DNA from: Candidatus Omnitrophota bacterium | GTDB taxonomy: Bacteria > Omnitrophota > Gorgyraeia > Gygaellales > Profunditerraquicolaceae | DNA length: 64,000 nt | Reading direction: 5' to 3' | Assembly (NCBI GenBank): GCA_041650295.1 | Contig: JBAZLM010000001.1 | Location: forward strand, 64,318 to 128,317 | In this document: positions 31,184-39,819 of the stretch, in pieces | How positions within the stretch are numbered: position 1 is the first letter of the stretch | Layout: the number at the start of each line of letters is the position of its first letter | The notes under the pieces: model-generated | Database searches by the model: none | Told to the model about the DNA's origin: nothing | What the model saw: the letters and a program-made list of their open reading frames with translations, nothing else | Program-made: the position numbers and the translations under genes

Positions 31184-31531
31184 ATGGCTAAAGCTAAACA
31201 CAGTGTAGCAACACGAAAAAAGAAAAAGAAGGTTCTTAAGCTTGCGAAGGGATATTGGGGTGATCGCAGTAAACAATATCAGCAAGCTAAACGTACCCTG
31301 ATGCATGCATTAAAATATGCTTATCGGGATCGTCGCAATAAGAAACGTGAAATCCGCGGTCTTTGGATTGCCCGCATTAATGCCGCATGTAGAGAAGTAG
31401 GAATTACTTATAGTGCATTTATGAGTGGTTTAAAAAAATCTAAAATTACTTTAGATCGTAAAATCTTAGCGGATTTAGCAGTAAGAGATAGTAGTGCATT
31501 TAAAAAACTGGTAGATACGGTTAAGAAATAA
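31184..31531 (+). CDS. rplT: 50S ribosomal protein L20
   Basis: 115 aa; [31 protein letters not shown]. Confidence 0.9.
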   Translation: MAKAKHSVATRKKKKKVLKLAKGYWGDRSKQYQQAKRTLMHALKYAYRDRRNKKREIRGLWIARINAACREVGITYSAFMSGLKKSKITLDRKILADLAVRDSSAFKKLVDTVKK

Positions 31532-31599
31532 AGCCCTTTGGGCATACAGTCCCGTCTGTCTTGTTTTTTTAAAGACTGCATCTGGGGCAAGAGGTTTCT

Positions 31600-32253
31600 A
31601 TGCACGTAATTATTGTTGGCTGCGGTAGAGTTGGTTCAGAGCTGGCTAAGCTTTTGTCCGGTGAAGGCCATGACGTTGTGGTGATTGATAAATCACGAGA
31701 GTCATTTAGTCGACTAGGTGACTCTTTTAACGGCATGACTATGGTGGGCAACGGTTTTGATTTAGCCTTATTAAAGCAGGTTGGTATTGAAAAGGCGGAT
31801 GCTTTTTGTGCTGTCGCCAATGGTGACAATACTAATTTAATTAGTGCCCAAGTAGCTAAAAAAATTTTTTCTGTTCCTAAGGTTTTTGCACGTATTTATG
31901 ATCCGCAACGTGCGCATATTTATGCGGCATTAGGCTTAGATATTATTAGCGGGACGATGTTATTGTCTGCGATGCTCAGAGATAAGATTATTGAAAGTCG
32001 TTTCTCTAGTTATTTAATTGAATCTAAGGACTTAGGTGTCATTGAAATTGAAATTAAAGATAATTTAGTTGGTAAAACCATTCAAGATATTAATATCCCC
32101 GGCGATTTTATTGTAGTTGCCTTACGTAGGATGCAAGGGGTTATTATCCCTGAACCAAAAACCGTTTTAAATAATAAAGATATTTTAATGGGCGTGGTGA
32201 AGGTCTCTAGCCTTAAACAGGTTAGAGAGAAATTCCATTTAAAAGGTAGATAA
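31600..32253 (+). CDS. trkA: Trk/Ktr potassium uptake NAD-binding subunit (TrkA-N + TrkA-C)
   Basis: 217 aa; Rossmann GxGxxG (IIVGCGRVG) and C-terminal TrkA-C domain. Confidence 0.8.
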   Translation: MHVIIVGCGRVGSELAKLLSGEGHDVVVIDKSRESFSRLGDSFNGMTMVGNGFDLALLKQVGIEKADAFCAVANGDNTNLISAQVAKKIFSVPKVFARIYDPQRAHIYAALGLDIISGTMLLSAMLRDKIIESRFSSYLIESKDLGVIEIEIKDNLVGKTIQDINIPGDFIVVALRRMQGVIIPEPKTVLNNKDILMGVVKVSSLKQVREKFHLKGR

Positions 32254-32255
32254 CT

Positions 32256-32918
32256 ATGTATATTTTAATCGTGGGTGCCGGTAAAGTCGGTTATTTTTTA
32301 GCCAAGCGTCTATATCAGGGAAAACATACGGTAAGCATTGTAGATAAAGATCGGCAGATCTGTGAAGAGATTGCTAAAGATTTAGAAATTTTAGTGATTA
32401 GCGGCGACGGTTGTGATCCTAAGATATTAGAAGAAGCCGGCATTGCTCGCGCAGATGTAGTAGCTGCAGTTACCGGAGATGATGAAGATAATCTAGTAAT
32501 CTGTCAGTTGGCTAAAGAAAAATTTAATATCCAGCGCACCGTTGGCCGAGTGAATAATCCGGATAATGAACATACTTTTAGTGAGTTGGGGATTGATGTG
32601 CCGGTAGATTCTACAAAAATTATTGCTAAAATTATTGAAGAAGAAGTTTCTTTTTCTGATTTTGTAAACCTAATGAGTTTTAAACGCGGCAAATTGGCAA
32701 TTGTGCGCGTGGACCTGCCTAGCGATGCTCCCATTATTAACAAGCAGTTAAAAGATATTAATCTTCCTAAAGACGCAGTGTTGGTTTCTATTGTCAGAGG
32801 GGAAGAAGTAATTCTCCCTAAAGGTGATACTGTGCTTAAGCCTGGGGACGATGTGATTGCTCTTACATTAATCGGAAACGAACCGCAACTTTTGAGTCTT
32901 TTAGCTGGAAAGCTTTAA
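32256..32918 (+). CDS. trkA: second Trk/Ktr NAD-binding subunit (TrkA-N + TrkA-C)
   Basis: 220 aa; ILIVGAGKVG Rossmann motif; paralogue of the preceding gene. Confidence 0.8.
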   Translation: MYILIVGAGKVGYFLAKRLYQGKHTVSIVDKDRQICEEIAKDLEILVISGDGCDPKILEEAGIARADVVAAVTGDDEDNLVICQLAKEKFNIQRTVGRVNNPDNEHTFSELGIDVPVDSTKIIAKIIEEEVSFSDFVNLMSFKRGKLAIVRVDLPSDAPIINKQLKDINLPKDAVLVSIVRGEEVILPKGDTVLKPGDDVIALTLIGNEPQLLSLLAGKL

Positions 32919-33034
32919 CCGATGAGATTTAAACCCGCCTTAAATATTACTTTAGGTATAATTACAGAAATTTTATATGTATTTTCTATCATGTTAGCCG
33001 CATTTTTAATCTGTTGGTTAATCTATTTTAAAAC

Positions 33035-34537
33035 ATGATTCTTAAACCTCGCCTAAAAGATTTAAAAACAATCGGGTTTTATTTAGGAAAGATAATTTTA
33101 GGATTAGCTTTTACCATGACTCTTCCGATTTTAATCGGCCTATGTTTTGGTGAGGTTAATCCGGTTTTAGATTTTGTTTTGAGTATTCTGATCTCGGTTT
33201 TGTTGGGCTGGTCGTTAACGATTCTTTGTCGTACGGGTGAAGATTTAAATTGGGTACAGGGGATGATTGTGGTAAGCATCTCTTGGATTATTGCCATGAT
33301 TTTAGGGGCGATACCCTTATATTTGAGCGGTCATTGGAAATCCTTTCTGGATGCTTGTTTTGATGCTATGTCCGGATTTGCAACGACAGGCTTAACCTTG
33401 GTGCAAAATCTGGACCATATCTCTTATGCGCACAATTTCTGGCGACATTTGATTATGTTTTTGGGTGGCCAGGGAATTATTGTGATTGCACTTTCATTTT
33501 TTGTACGTGGCTTCTCCGGTGCCTTTAAGATGTATGTGGGAGAGGCCCGCGATGAAAGAATTATGCCTAATGTTATTAATACTGCACGTTTTATTTGGAT
33601 GGTTAGTATTGTTTATTTAATTTTGGGCACGTTGGCTTTAGGGATCACCGGGATATTTAATGGTATGCAGCCGGTGAATGCATTTTTTCACGGTGCCTGT
33701 ATTTTTATGGCAGCTTTTGATACCGGTGGATTTGCTCCGCAGTCACAGAACATACTTTATTATCACAGTATAATTTATGAAATTATTACGATAGTCATTA
33801 TGATCTTAGGGGCATTAAATTTTAAACTACATTATCATCTTTGGTCGGGAAACCGCAAAGAAATTTTTAAGAATATAGAAGTGGTTACGTTATTTTTTAC
33901 AATCATTGCTACTTTTTTTATTGTGGTGATTGGTTTGGCCCAGCTAGGTAGTTATCCGGATGCTTTAGTGCTTTTTCGTAAAGGTTTTTATCAGTTAATT
34001 TCTGGGCACACTGGCACTGGCTTTCAAACAATTTATCCTCAGGAATTCTTGGATAGCTGGAATCCTTTAGCCTTAACCGGAGTTATTATCGCCATGGCTT
34101 TAGGTGGAGCGGTATGTTCTACGACGGGTGCGATTAAAATGTTACGCATCGGTGTTATTTTAAAAGCGTTTAAGGAAGACCTAAAGAGAATTATTATGCC
34201 TGAAAAAACGATTGTGATTGAAAAATTTCATCATATTAAAGAAATATTTTTAGAAGATAAATTGGTGCGTAGCGCCTTAACCATTACTTTAGCTTATTTA
34301 GTTTTGTATGGATTAGGGACATTGATCGGTATGTTTTATGGATATCCATTTTTAGAGTCATTATTTGAATCGACATCTGCTGCTGCTAATGTGGGCCTGT
34401 CTTGCGGGATTACTAGCATTGGAATGCCTACGGGCTTAAAAATTACTTATATTATACAGATGTGGGCAGGACGCTTAGAGTTTATGTCAGTATTTGCGAT
34501 CATTGGATTTTTAGTGGCAGCCATAAAAGGAAAATGA
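33035..34537 (+). CDS. trkH: Trk/Ktr potassium transporter membrane subunit
   Basis: 500 aa polytopic protein with repeated selectivity-filter-like GFATTGL / TGTGF segments. Confidence 0.85.
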   Translation: MILKPRLKDLKTIGFYLGKIILGLAFTMTLPILIGLCFGEVNPVLDFVLSILISVLLGWSLTILCRTGEDLNWVQGMIVVSISWIIAMILGAIPLYLSGHWKSFLDACFDAMSGFATTGLTLVQNLDHISYAHNFWRHLIMFLGGQGIIVIALSFFVRGFSGAFKMYVGEARDERIMPNVINTARFIWMVSIVYLILGTLALGITGIFNGMQPVNAFFHGACIFMAAFDTGGFAPQSQNILYYHSIIYEIITIVIMILGALNFKLHYHLWSGNRKEIFKNIEVVTLFFTIIATFFIVVIGLAQLGSYPDALVLFRKGFYQLISGHTGTGFQTIYPQEFLDSWNPLALTGVIIAMALGGAVCSTTGAIKMLRIGVILKAFKEDLKRIIMPEKTIVIEKFHHIKEIFLEDKLVRSALTITLAYLVLYGLGTLIGMFYGYPFLESLFESTSAAANVGLSCGITSIGMPTGLKITYIIQMWAGRLEFMSVFAIIGFLVAAIKGK

Positions 34538-35022
34538 AAAATAATTTTAGCTTAATTTTAATTAATTTATTTATTCTGGGATTTTTTAGCTTGCAGCATG
34601 CTTGGGCACAAAATTTGACGAGTAATGATTTAATTCAACATACTAAAAAGTATGATGGTAAAACGGTTGTATATCGGGGAGAAGCGATTGGCGATGTGAT
34701 GGGCCGCGGTAATTTCGCTTGGGTAAATATTCATGATGGTAATAATGCAATTGCTATTTGGGTTAGTTCCGATTTAGCAAAAGAAATACAATTTACCGGC
34801 AATTATAAAACTCAAGGAGATATTTTAGAAGTTACGGGAATTTTTTATCGTAATTGCTTAGAACACGGTGGAGACTTAGATATTCATGCACAAACATTAA
34901 AGAAAATATCGGCAGGTAGAATTGTCAGTTATAAAATAGATTTAATTAAGTTGAAATTAATTTTTATTTTATTTGGAGTATTGCTTTTAATATGGATATT
35001 AACCTTATTCAGACGCAAATAA
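34534..35022 (+). CDS. hypothetical exported protein (N-terminal signal/TM, C-terminal TM anchor)
   Basis: Likely start MKNNFSLILINLFILGFFSLQHAWAQNL; C-terminal hydrophobic stretch; no known motif. Confidence 0.4.
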   Translation: MKNNFSLILINLFILGFFSLQHAWAQNLTSNDLIQHTKKYDGKTVVYRGEAIGDVMGRGNFAWVNIHDGNNAIAIWVSSDLAKEIQFTGNYKTQGDILEVTGIFYRNCLEHGGDLDIHAQTLKKISAGRIVSYKIDLIKLKLIFILFGVLLLIWILTLFRRK

Positions 35023-36005
35023 ATAGTGATTTAGCGGCGGTTACTACTATTGTGGCCCTGGAAGAAGTGCGGGTCAAGTATTTGGGTAGAAAAGGATTAT
35101 TGGCGGATTTAACCGGATCAATTCCAACGCTTCCAGTTGAACAGAGGGGTAGCTTTGGTAAAGAAGTAAACGCTTTAAAAAATATGGTTTCAAATCTGAT
35201 TAGTGAAAAAGAGTTAACTTTAAAAAATAATGCAGCGCTTGGGAAAAAAGAAAATTTAGACGTGGGGATGCCGGGGATTGCTCAAGAGTTAGGCAGCATT
35301 CATCCCATTACTCAAATTATTGATGAAATTTGTGCAATCTTTAATCGGATTGGTTTTTCTGTAGTGGCCGGTCCAGAAATTGAAACTGAATATAATAATT
35401 TTACGGGCTTAAATATTCCCTTAGAACATCCTTCGCGGGACGCTTTTGATACCTTTTATTTAAAAAAATATTCTAAATTGCTTTTGCGTAGCCATACTTC
35501 TCCGGTGCAAGTTCGCGCCATGAAAAAACATAAGCCACCGTTAGCGATTATCGTTCCGGGCAGGGTTTATCGGCCGGATGCGGTGGATGCCAGTCATCTT
35601 TTTATGTTTCATCAAATTGAAGGATTTATGGTGGATGAAAATATACAATTTTCGGATCTTAAGGGGGTCTTAGAGTTTTTTGCTAAGAGCGTTTTTGGCA
35701 CAGAGATTAAAATGCGTTTTCGACCGCATTTTTTTCCTTTCACTGAGCCTTCGGCAGAAGTGGACATCTCTTGTATTATTTGTAAAGGTAAAGGGTGTTC
35801 AGTTTGCGGTAGGAAAGGATGGCTTGAGATTTTGGGTGCAGGGATGATTCATCCTAATGTTTTTAAACACGTAGGGTATGATCCTAAAAAATATACGGGT
35901 TTTGCTTTTGGCATGGGCGTAGAAAGAATTGCCATGTTAAAATACGGGATTAATGATATTAGACTATTTTTTGAAAATGATTTAAGATTTTTAAAACAAT
36001 TTTAA
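34992..36005 (+). CDS. pheS: phenylalanine--tRNA ligase alpha subunit
   Basis: 337 aa; class II motifs (FRPHFFPFTEPS, GAGMIHPNV, GFAFGMGVERIAM). Confidence 0.9.
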   Translation: MDINLIQTQINSDLAAVTTIVALEEVRVKYLGRKGLLADLTGSIPTLPVEQRGSFGKEVNALKNMVSNLISEKELTLKNNAALGKKENLDVGMPGIAQELGSIHPITQIIDEICAIFNRIGFSVVAGPEIETEYNNFTGLNIPLEHPSRDAFDTFYLKKYSKLLLRSHTSPVQVRAMKKHKPPLAIIVPGRVYRPDAVDASHLFMFHQIEGFMVDENIQFSDLKGVLEFFAKSVFGTEIKMRFRPHFFPFTEPSAEVDISCIICKGKGCSVCGRKGWLEILGAGMIHPNVFKHVGYDPKKYTGFAFGMGVERIAMLKYGINDIRLFFENDLRFLKQF

Positions 36006-36096
36006 TCCCGCACCTTCTGTGTATTCAAGGCTTTAAAAATTAGAAGGTGTTTGGATAAATTAAAATTTCATTTTATGAACATAAAGAAGGTGCGGG
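36006..36096 (+). promoter_or_regulatory. pheS-pheT intergenic RNA switch candidate: three copies of CACCTTCT/AGAAGGTG giving alternative hairpins that can sequester the pheT Shine-Dalgarno
   Basis: CCCGCACCTTCT (36007-36018) is complementary to AGAAGGTG (36042-36049) and to AGAAGGTGCGGG (36085-36096, abutting the pheT ATG at 36097). Confidence 0.4.
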
Positions 36097-38127
36097 ATGA
36101 AAGTTACCTATAGCTGGTTAAAAGATTTTGTAGATTTAAAAATTACCCCTCATCAGTTAGCTGACAAGCTAACCATGGCTGGGCTGGAGGTGGTTTCTTT
36201 AGAAGAGAGCGGCCAAGACTTTGTTTTTGAGATTGAGATTACTTCTAATCGCTCGGATTGGCTGAGTGTTTTAGGGATTGCCCGAGAAGTGGGGGCAATT
36301 TGTGGATTAAAACCCAAGGTTATTAAGCAGAAAGAAACCAAAGCTAAAATTAAAGATGTTTTACCTTTAAAAATTTTAGTAGAGGATAAAAAAGATTGTC
36401 CATATTATAGCGCAAGAATAATTTCTAATATCAAAGTTGGCCCGTCTCCCGATTGGTTAAAAAAACGATTAGAGTCTTTAGGTTGTCGCAGTGTTAATAA
36501 TATCGTAGATATAACTAACTATATTTTATTTGAAACTGGCCAACCGCTACATGCTTTTGATTTAGATGTATTAGGAGTAAATGTAGTAAATATTCGTCGC
36601 GCTAAAAATAATGAAAAAATTGTTACTATCGATGGTCAAGAGAAAATTTTAACCCCAGAAGTTTTAGTAATTGCTGATTTGCATCAGCCTGTTGCTGTCG
36701 CTGGCATTATGGGCGGAAAAAATTCAGAGGTAACTTTTAAGACCCGTAATATTTTGTTAGAATCGGCGGTATTTAATCCAATATTAGTAAGACGTGCTAA
36801 GCAAAAATTGGGGTTACAATCGGAATCAGCGTATCGGTTTGAACGCGGAGTAGATTTAACGACGGCGCAAAGCGCTTCTTTGGCGGCCCAGGAATTAATT
36901 TTAAAATTAGCTTCTGGAAAACTTTGCGGCTTTAAAAGCGTAGGAACCTCTAAGCAATCTCTTTGTGTAATTAATTTGGAAATTGCAGCTGTGCATAAAA
37001 CATTAGGGGTTAATATTTCTTTAGTTAAAATTAAACAAATTTTAATCAGTTTAGGTTTAAGTGTAAAAGTTAAGTCAAAAAAAGCTTTAACCGTTACTGT
37101 TCCTAGCTTTCGCCAAGATTTAAAATTACCCGTCGATTTAATTGAAGAGATCGCCCGTATTTATGGTTATGCACAGATTCCTACCACAATGCCGGCGATT
37201 AGACCGGGTGAAGATATTGTGGATAAAAAGAATATTACGGCACAAGTAAAGAACATCTTAAGTGGATTGGGGATGGCCGAGGTAATTACCTATAGCTTAG
37301 TTGATCGCGCGTTACTTAATAAAGCAGGGGTTGCCTGCCAAGAAGGTTTGTTAGAAATTTTGAATCCTTTAAGTCTTGAGCAAGAAGTATTAAGGCCGGC
37401 GCTTTTTCCTAGCTTGGTGCGTTGTTTGGCTTATAATTTAAACCAACAACAAGAAAATATTAAAATTTTTGAAATTGCTGATGTCTTTTCTGATCAAGGT
37501 GGTAGCGTGCAAGAAAGACCTTGTTTAGCTCTGGCTTTATCCGGAGTTAACTCTTTTTTAATCCGTCAGGGATTGGTTAAGGATGAAGTAACCTTGTTAC
37601 ATTTAAAAGGAATATTAGAGATATTATTTAGCCGTTTAGGCATTAAAAATTTTGATTTTTCTCGTTATGACGATAATCGAATTAATATTATTATAAATTC
37701 TGAAGTAGTAGGTTTTATGTTAGAGCTAAGCCAAAAAATTACACAGATTTTTGATATTAAAAACCGGCAAGTTATTTTGGCGCAAGTGGATCTGCAGAAA
37801 TTATCTAGCCATGTAAATTTAGGCAAGAAATTTCTAAATCTTCCTAAGTTCCCGTCGATTACCAGAGATATTAGTTTTGTGATGAAAAATGATCTGGCGA
37901 TTAAAGACCTGCTTTTAGCGATTGAAGAAAAAGGTGCTCCGCTGTTGCGTCAAGCCAAGGTAGCTGATTATTATCAGGGTAAACAAATACCGCCAGGATT
38001 TAAGGGTTTGACGATATCTTGTATTTATCGACAGGATGAGCGCACGCTCACTGAGGATGAAATTAGCCCGCTACATAATCAGATCTGTGCGTTGTTGAAA
38101 GAACGTTTTGAGATTAATTTCCGTTAG
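36097..38127 (+). CDS. pheT: phenylalanine--tRNA ligase beta subunit (short form)
   Basis: 676 aa; B1 N-terminal domain MKVTYSWLKDFV, B3/B4, B5 and FDX-ACB C-terminal region. Confidence 0.9.
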   Translation: MKVTYSWLKDFVDLKITPHQLADKLTMAGLEVVSLEESGQDFVFEIEITSNRSDWLSVLGIAREVGAICGLKPKVIKQKETKAKIKDVLPLKILVEDKKDCPYYSARIISNIKVGPSPDWLKKRLESLGCRSVNNIVDITNYILFETGQPLHAFDLDVLGVNVVNIRRAKNNEKIVTIDGQEKILTPEVLVIADLHQPVAVAGIMGGKNSEVTFKTRNILLESAVFNPILVRRAKQKLGLQSESAYRFERGVDLTTAQSASLAAQELILKLASGKLCGFKSVGTSKQSLCVINLEIAAVHKTLGVNISLVKIKQILISLGLSVKVKSKKALTVTVPSFRQDLKLPVDLIEEIARIYGYAQIPTTMPAIRPGEDIVDKKNITAQVKNILSGLGMAEVITYSLVDRALLNKAGVACQEGLLEILNPLSLEQEVLRPALFPSLVRCLAYNLNQQQENIKIFEIADVFSDQGGSVQERPCLALALSGVNSFLIRQGLVKDEVTLLHLKGILEILFSRLGIKNFDFSRYDDNRINIIINSEVVGFMLELSQKITQIFDIKNRQVILAQVDLQKLSSHVNLGKKFLNLPKFPSITRDISFVMKNDLAIKDLLLAIEEKGAPLLRQAKVADYYQGKQIPPGFKGLTISCIYRQDERTLTEDEISPLHNQICALLKERFEINFR

Positions 38128-38150
38128 TAGTAGAGATAGTTACAGTAGGA

Positions 38151-38180
38151 TTGACTTGGGACTAAAGCATGTGTTATACT
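38151..38180 (+). promoter_or_regulatory. sigma70-type promoter
   Basis: TTGACT (38151-38156) - 17 nt - TTATACT with -10 TATACT at 38175-38180. Confidence 0.5.
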
Positions 38181-38187
38181 CTGCTTG

Positions 38188-38372
38188 TAAATGAAACGTT
38201 CTTTTAGATATCCCTGCGGTGCACGTTGGAAAACTGATAATTGTTGAACCAACACAATTTTCAAGGGTACCTATAATTTTTTAGGCACGTGTGTCTAAGA
38301 ATAGGGTGCCCACCTGAAACCAAATCGGTTCAGAATATCGTTCCAACGGCACATTTGCGGGGATTTTTTTTA
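38188..38372 (+). ncRNA. candidate ~185-nt structured ncRNA (6S-like long closing stem ending in a U-tract), or a leader attenuator for the downstream gene
   Basis: CCCUGCGGUGCACGUUGG (38212-38229) is complementary to CCAACGGCACAUUUGCGGGG (38344-38363), which is followed directly by T8 (38364-38371). A consensus promoter lies upstream; no ORF in the interval. Confidence 0.3.
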
Positions 38373-38395
38373 ATTTAATTATTTGAGGTAAGTGT

Positions 38396-39082
38396 ATGTT
38401 CATGGTTATTGTAATTTTATTAATTATTTTGGCGATCTGTTTAATTATTTATGCAATTTTAGAAAACTTAAAAGCACAAAAAGTAGATTCGGGGAAAAAG
38501 AAACATCAACTGTTGCAAGGATCTGTGGCAGTTGCAGAGATGGAACAAAAAATTAATCGCTTTCAGCGTCGGATTTTAGTGTTAGAAAATGAGCTAGAAG
38601 CGCATAAAAAGCCCCAAATTATTGTAAATGATTCTGCAGAGTTAATTAAAGAGCAGGAGATTAAGTTTTCCGATGAATTAAAACGTCGCGTTGAATGGGT
38701 AGCTAAAGCGGAAGCCGAATTAGCTAAAGTAAAAGCAGAAAATATTACATTAAAAAATCAATTTTTAGCTAAGGAAAATGAGTTAAATGAAGAGTTTGCT
38801 AAAAATGTAGATGCCTTGCGACAATTGCGGGAATTAAAGATGGCGCTAGAGTCAAAAGAGGTCGCTTGCCGACTTAAAGAAGATCAAGTGCAAACGCAAA
38901 AACATCAAATCGAAGGCCAACTAAAAAGTATTAATGAATATTTAGCCACGATTGCAGATTTTAAGCGCAAAGAAAAAATTAATGAATGGGTGCCTAAGGT
39001 TGAGTTTAATGAATTAAATCGCAAATATTTATTATTAGAAAAGCAGCTAAGCCAATCTCAACATCAGTCAGAGGAGGATTAG
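38396..39082 (+). CDS. hypothetical membrane-anchored coiled-coil protein
   Basis: 228 aa; N-terminal TM helix VIVILLIILAICLIIYAIL followed by a long heptad-rich charged region. Confidence 0.5.
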   Translation: MFMVIVILLIILAICLIIYAILENLKAQKVDSGKKKHQLLQGSVAVAEMEQKINRFQRRILVLENELEAHKKPQIIVNDSAELIKEQEIKFSDELKRRVEWVAKAEAELAKVKAENITLKNQFLAKENELNEEFAKNVDALRQLRELKMALESKEVACRLKEDQVQTQKHQIEGQLKSINEYLATIADFKRKEKINEWVPKVEFNELNRKYLLLEKQLSQSQHQSEED

Positions 39083-39088
39083 GATGAA

Positions 39089-39634
39089 ATGAAACGCAAA
39101 ACGTCTTTAATTTTAGCACTAACTTTATTTTTAACATTTTATTATGGAGGAGCTCTAGCGATGGCCAAAAACATAGCAGTTTTAGAAACTAATCAGGGAA
39201 ATATTGAAATTAAATTGATGCCGGAAGTTGCACAGAAGACCTGTGAAAATTTTATAAAGCTAATTGAAAAGGGATATTATAATGGTTTAATTTTTCATCG
39301 AGTAATCAAAGGTTTTATGATCCAAGGTGGCGATCCTACCGGAACGGGTTCCGGCGGAGAATCAATTTGGGGCCATTCTTTTGAAGATGAAGTGACTCCG
39401 GTAGCAAAATTTGATGAAGCAGGAGTTTTAGCAATGGCTAATGCCGGGCCAGATACCAATGGCAGCCAGTTTTTTATTACTTGTGCCCCTACTCCCTGGT
39501 TAAATATGCGTCATACAATTTTTGGAGAAGTGGTGGCAGGATTAGATGTGGTGCAAAAGATCGAAAATACTGCAGTAGGGGCCAATGATCGTCCGGTTGC
39601 CCAACAAAAGATTATTAAAGCATACATAAAATAA
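39089..39634 (+). CDS. ppiB: peptidyl-prolyl cis-trans isomerase, cyclophilin type, with signal peptide
   Basis: 181 aa; FHRVIKGFMIQGGDP and cyclophilin core motifs. Confidence 0.85.
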   Translation: MKRKTSLILALTLFLTFYYGGALAMAKNIAVLETNQGNIEIKLMPEVAQKTCENFIKLIEKGYYNGLIFHRVIKGFMIQGGDPTGTGSGGESIWGHSFEDEVTPVAKFDEAGVLAMANAGPDTNGSQFFITCAPTPWLNMRHTIFGEVVAGLDVVQKIENTAVGANDRPVAQQKIIKAYIK

Positions 39635-39650
39635 TAATTTAGTTTCTCAT

Positions 39651-39682
39651 AAACAAAAAGGGCCCTAATCTTAGGGCTCTTT
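39651..39682 (+). terminator. intrinsic terminator after the cyclophilin gene
   Basis: AAAAAGGGCCCTAATCTTAGGGCTCTTTTT: 9-bp stem with one mismatch, flanked by A and T runs (bidirectional). Confidence 0.6.
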
Positions 39683-39819
39683 TTGGAGGGGATAATCCTC
39701 AATGGCTTGCGCTATCCTATCCTCCGTTTTAATTAACAAAAAAGGTTAATTAAAGCATGACACAGCTTTAACAAAAAACAAGGGTATTTTAAGGGTTTGA
39801 CGAAAACGTTTTCCAAATT

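Noticed and set aside
31532-31599. Strong terminator after rplT
   Set aside because: Only a weak 4-bp stem (ACAG/CTGT) before TGTTTTTTT; it may act as a partial terminator but support is too weak to call
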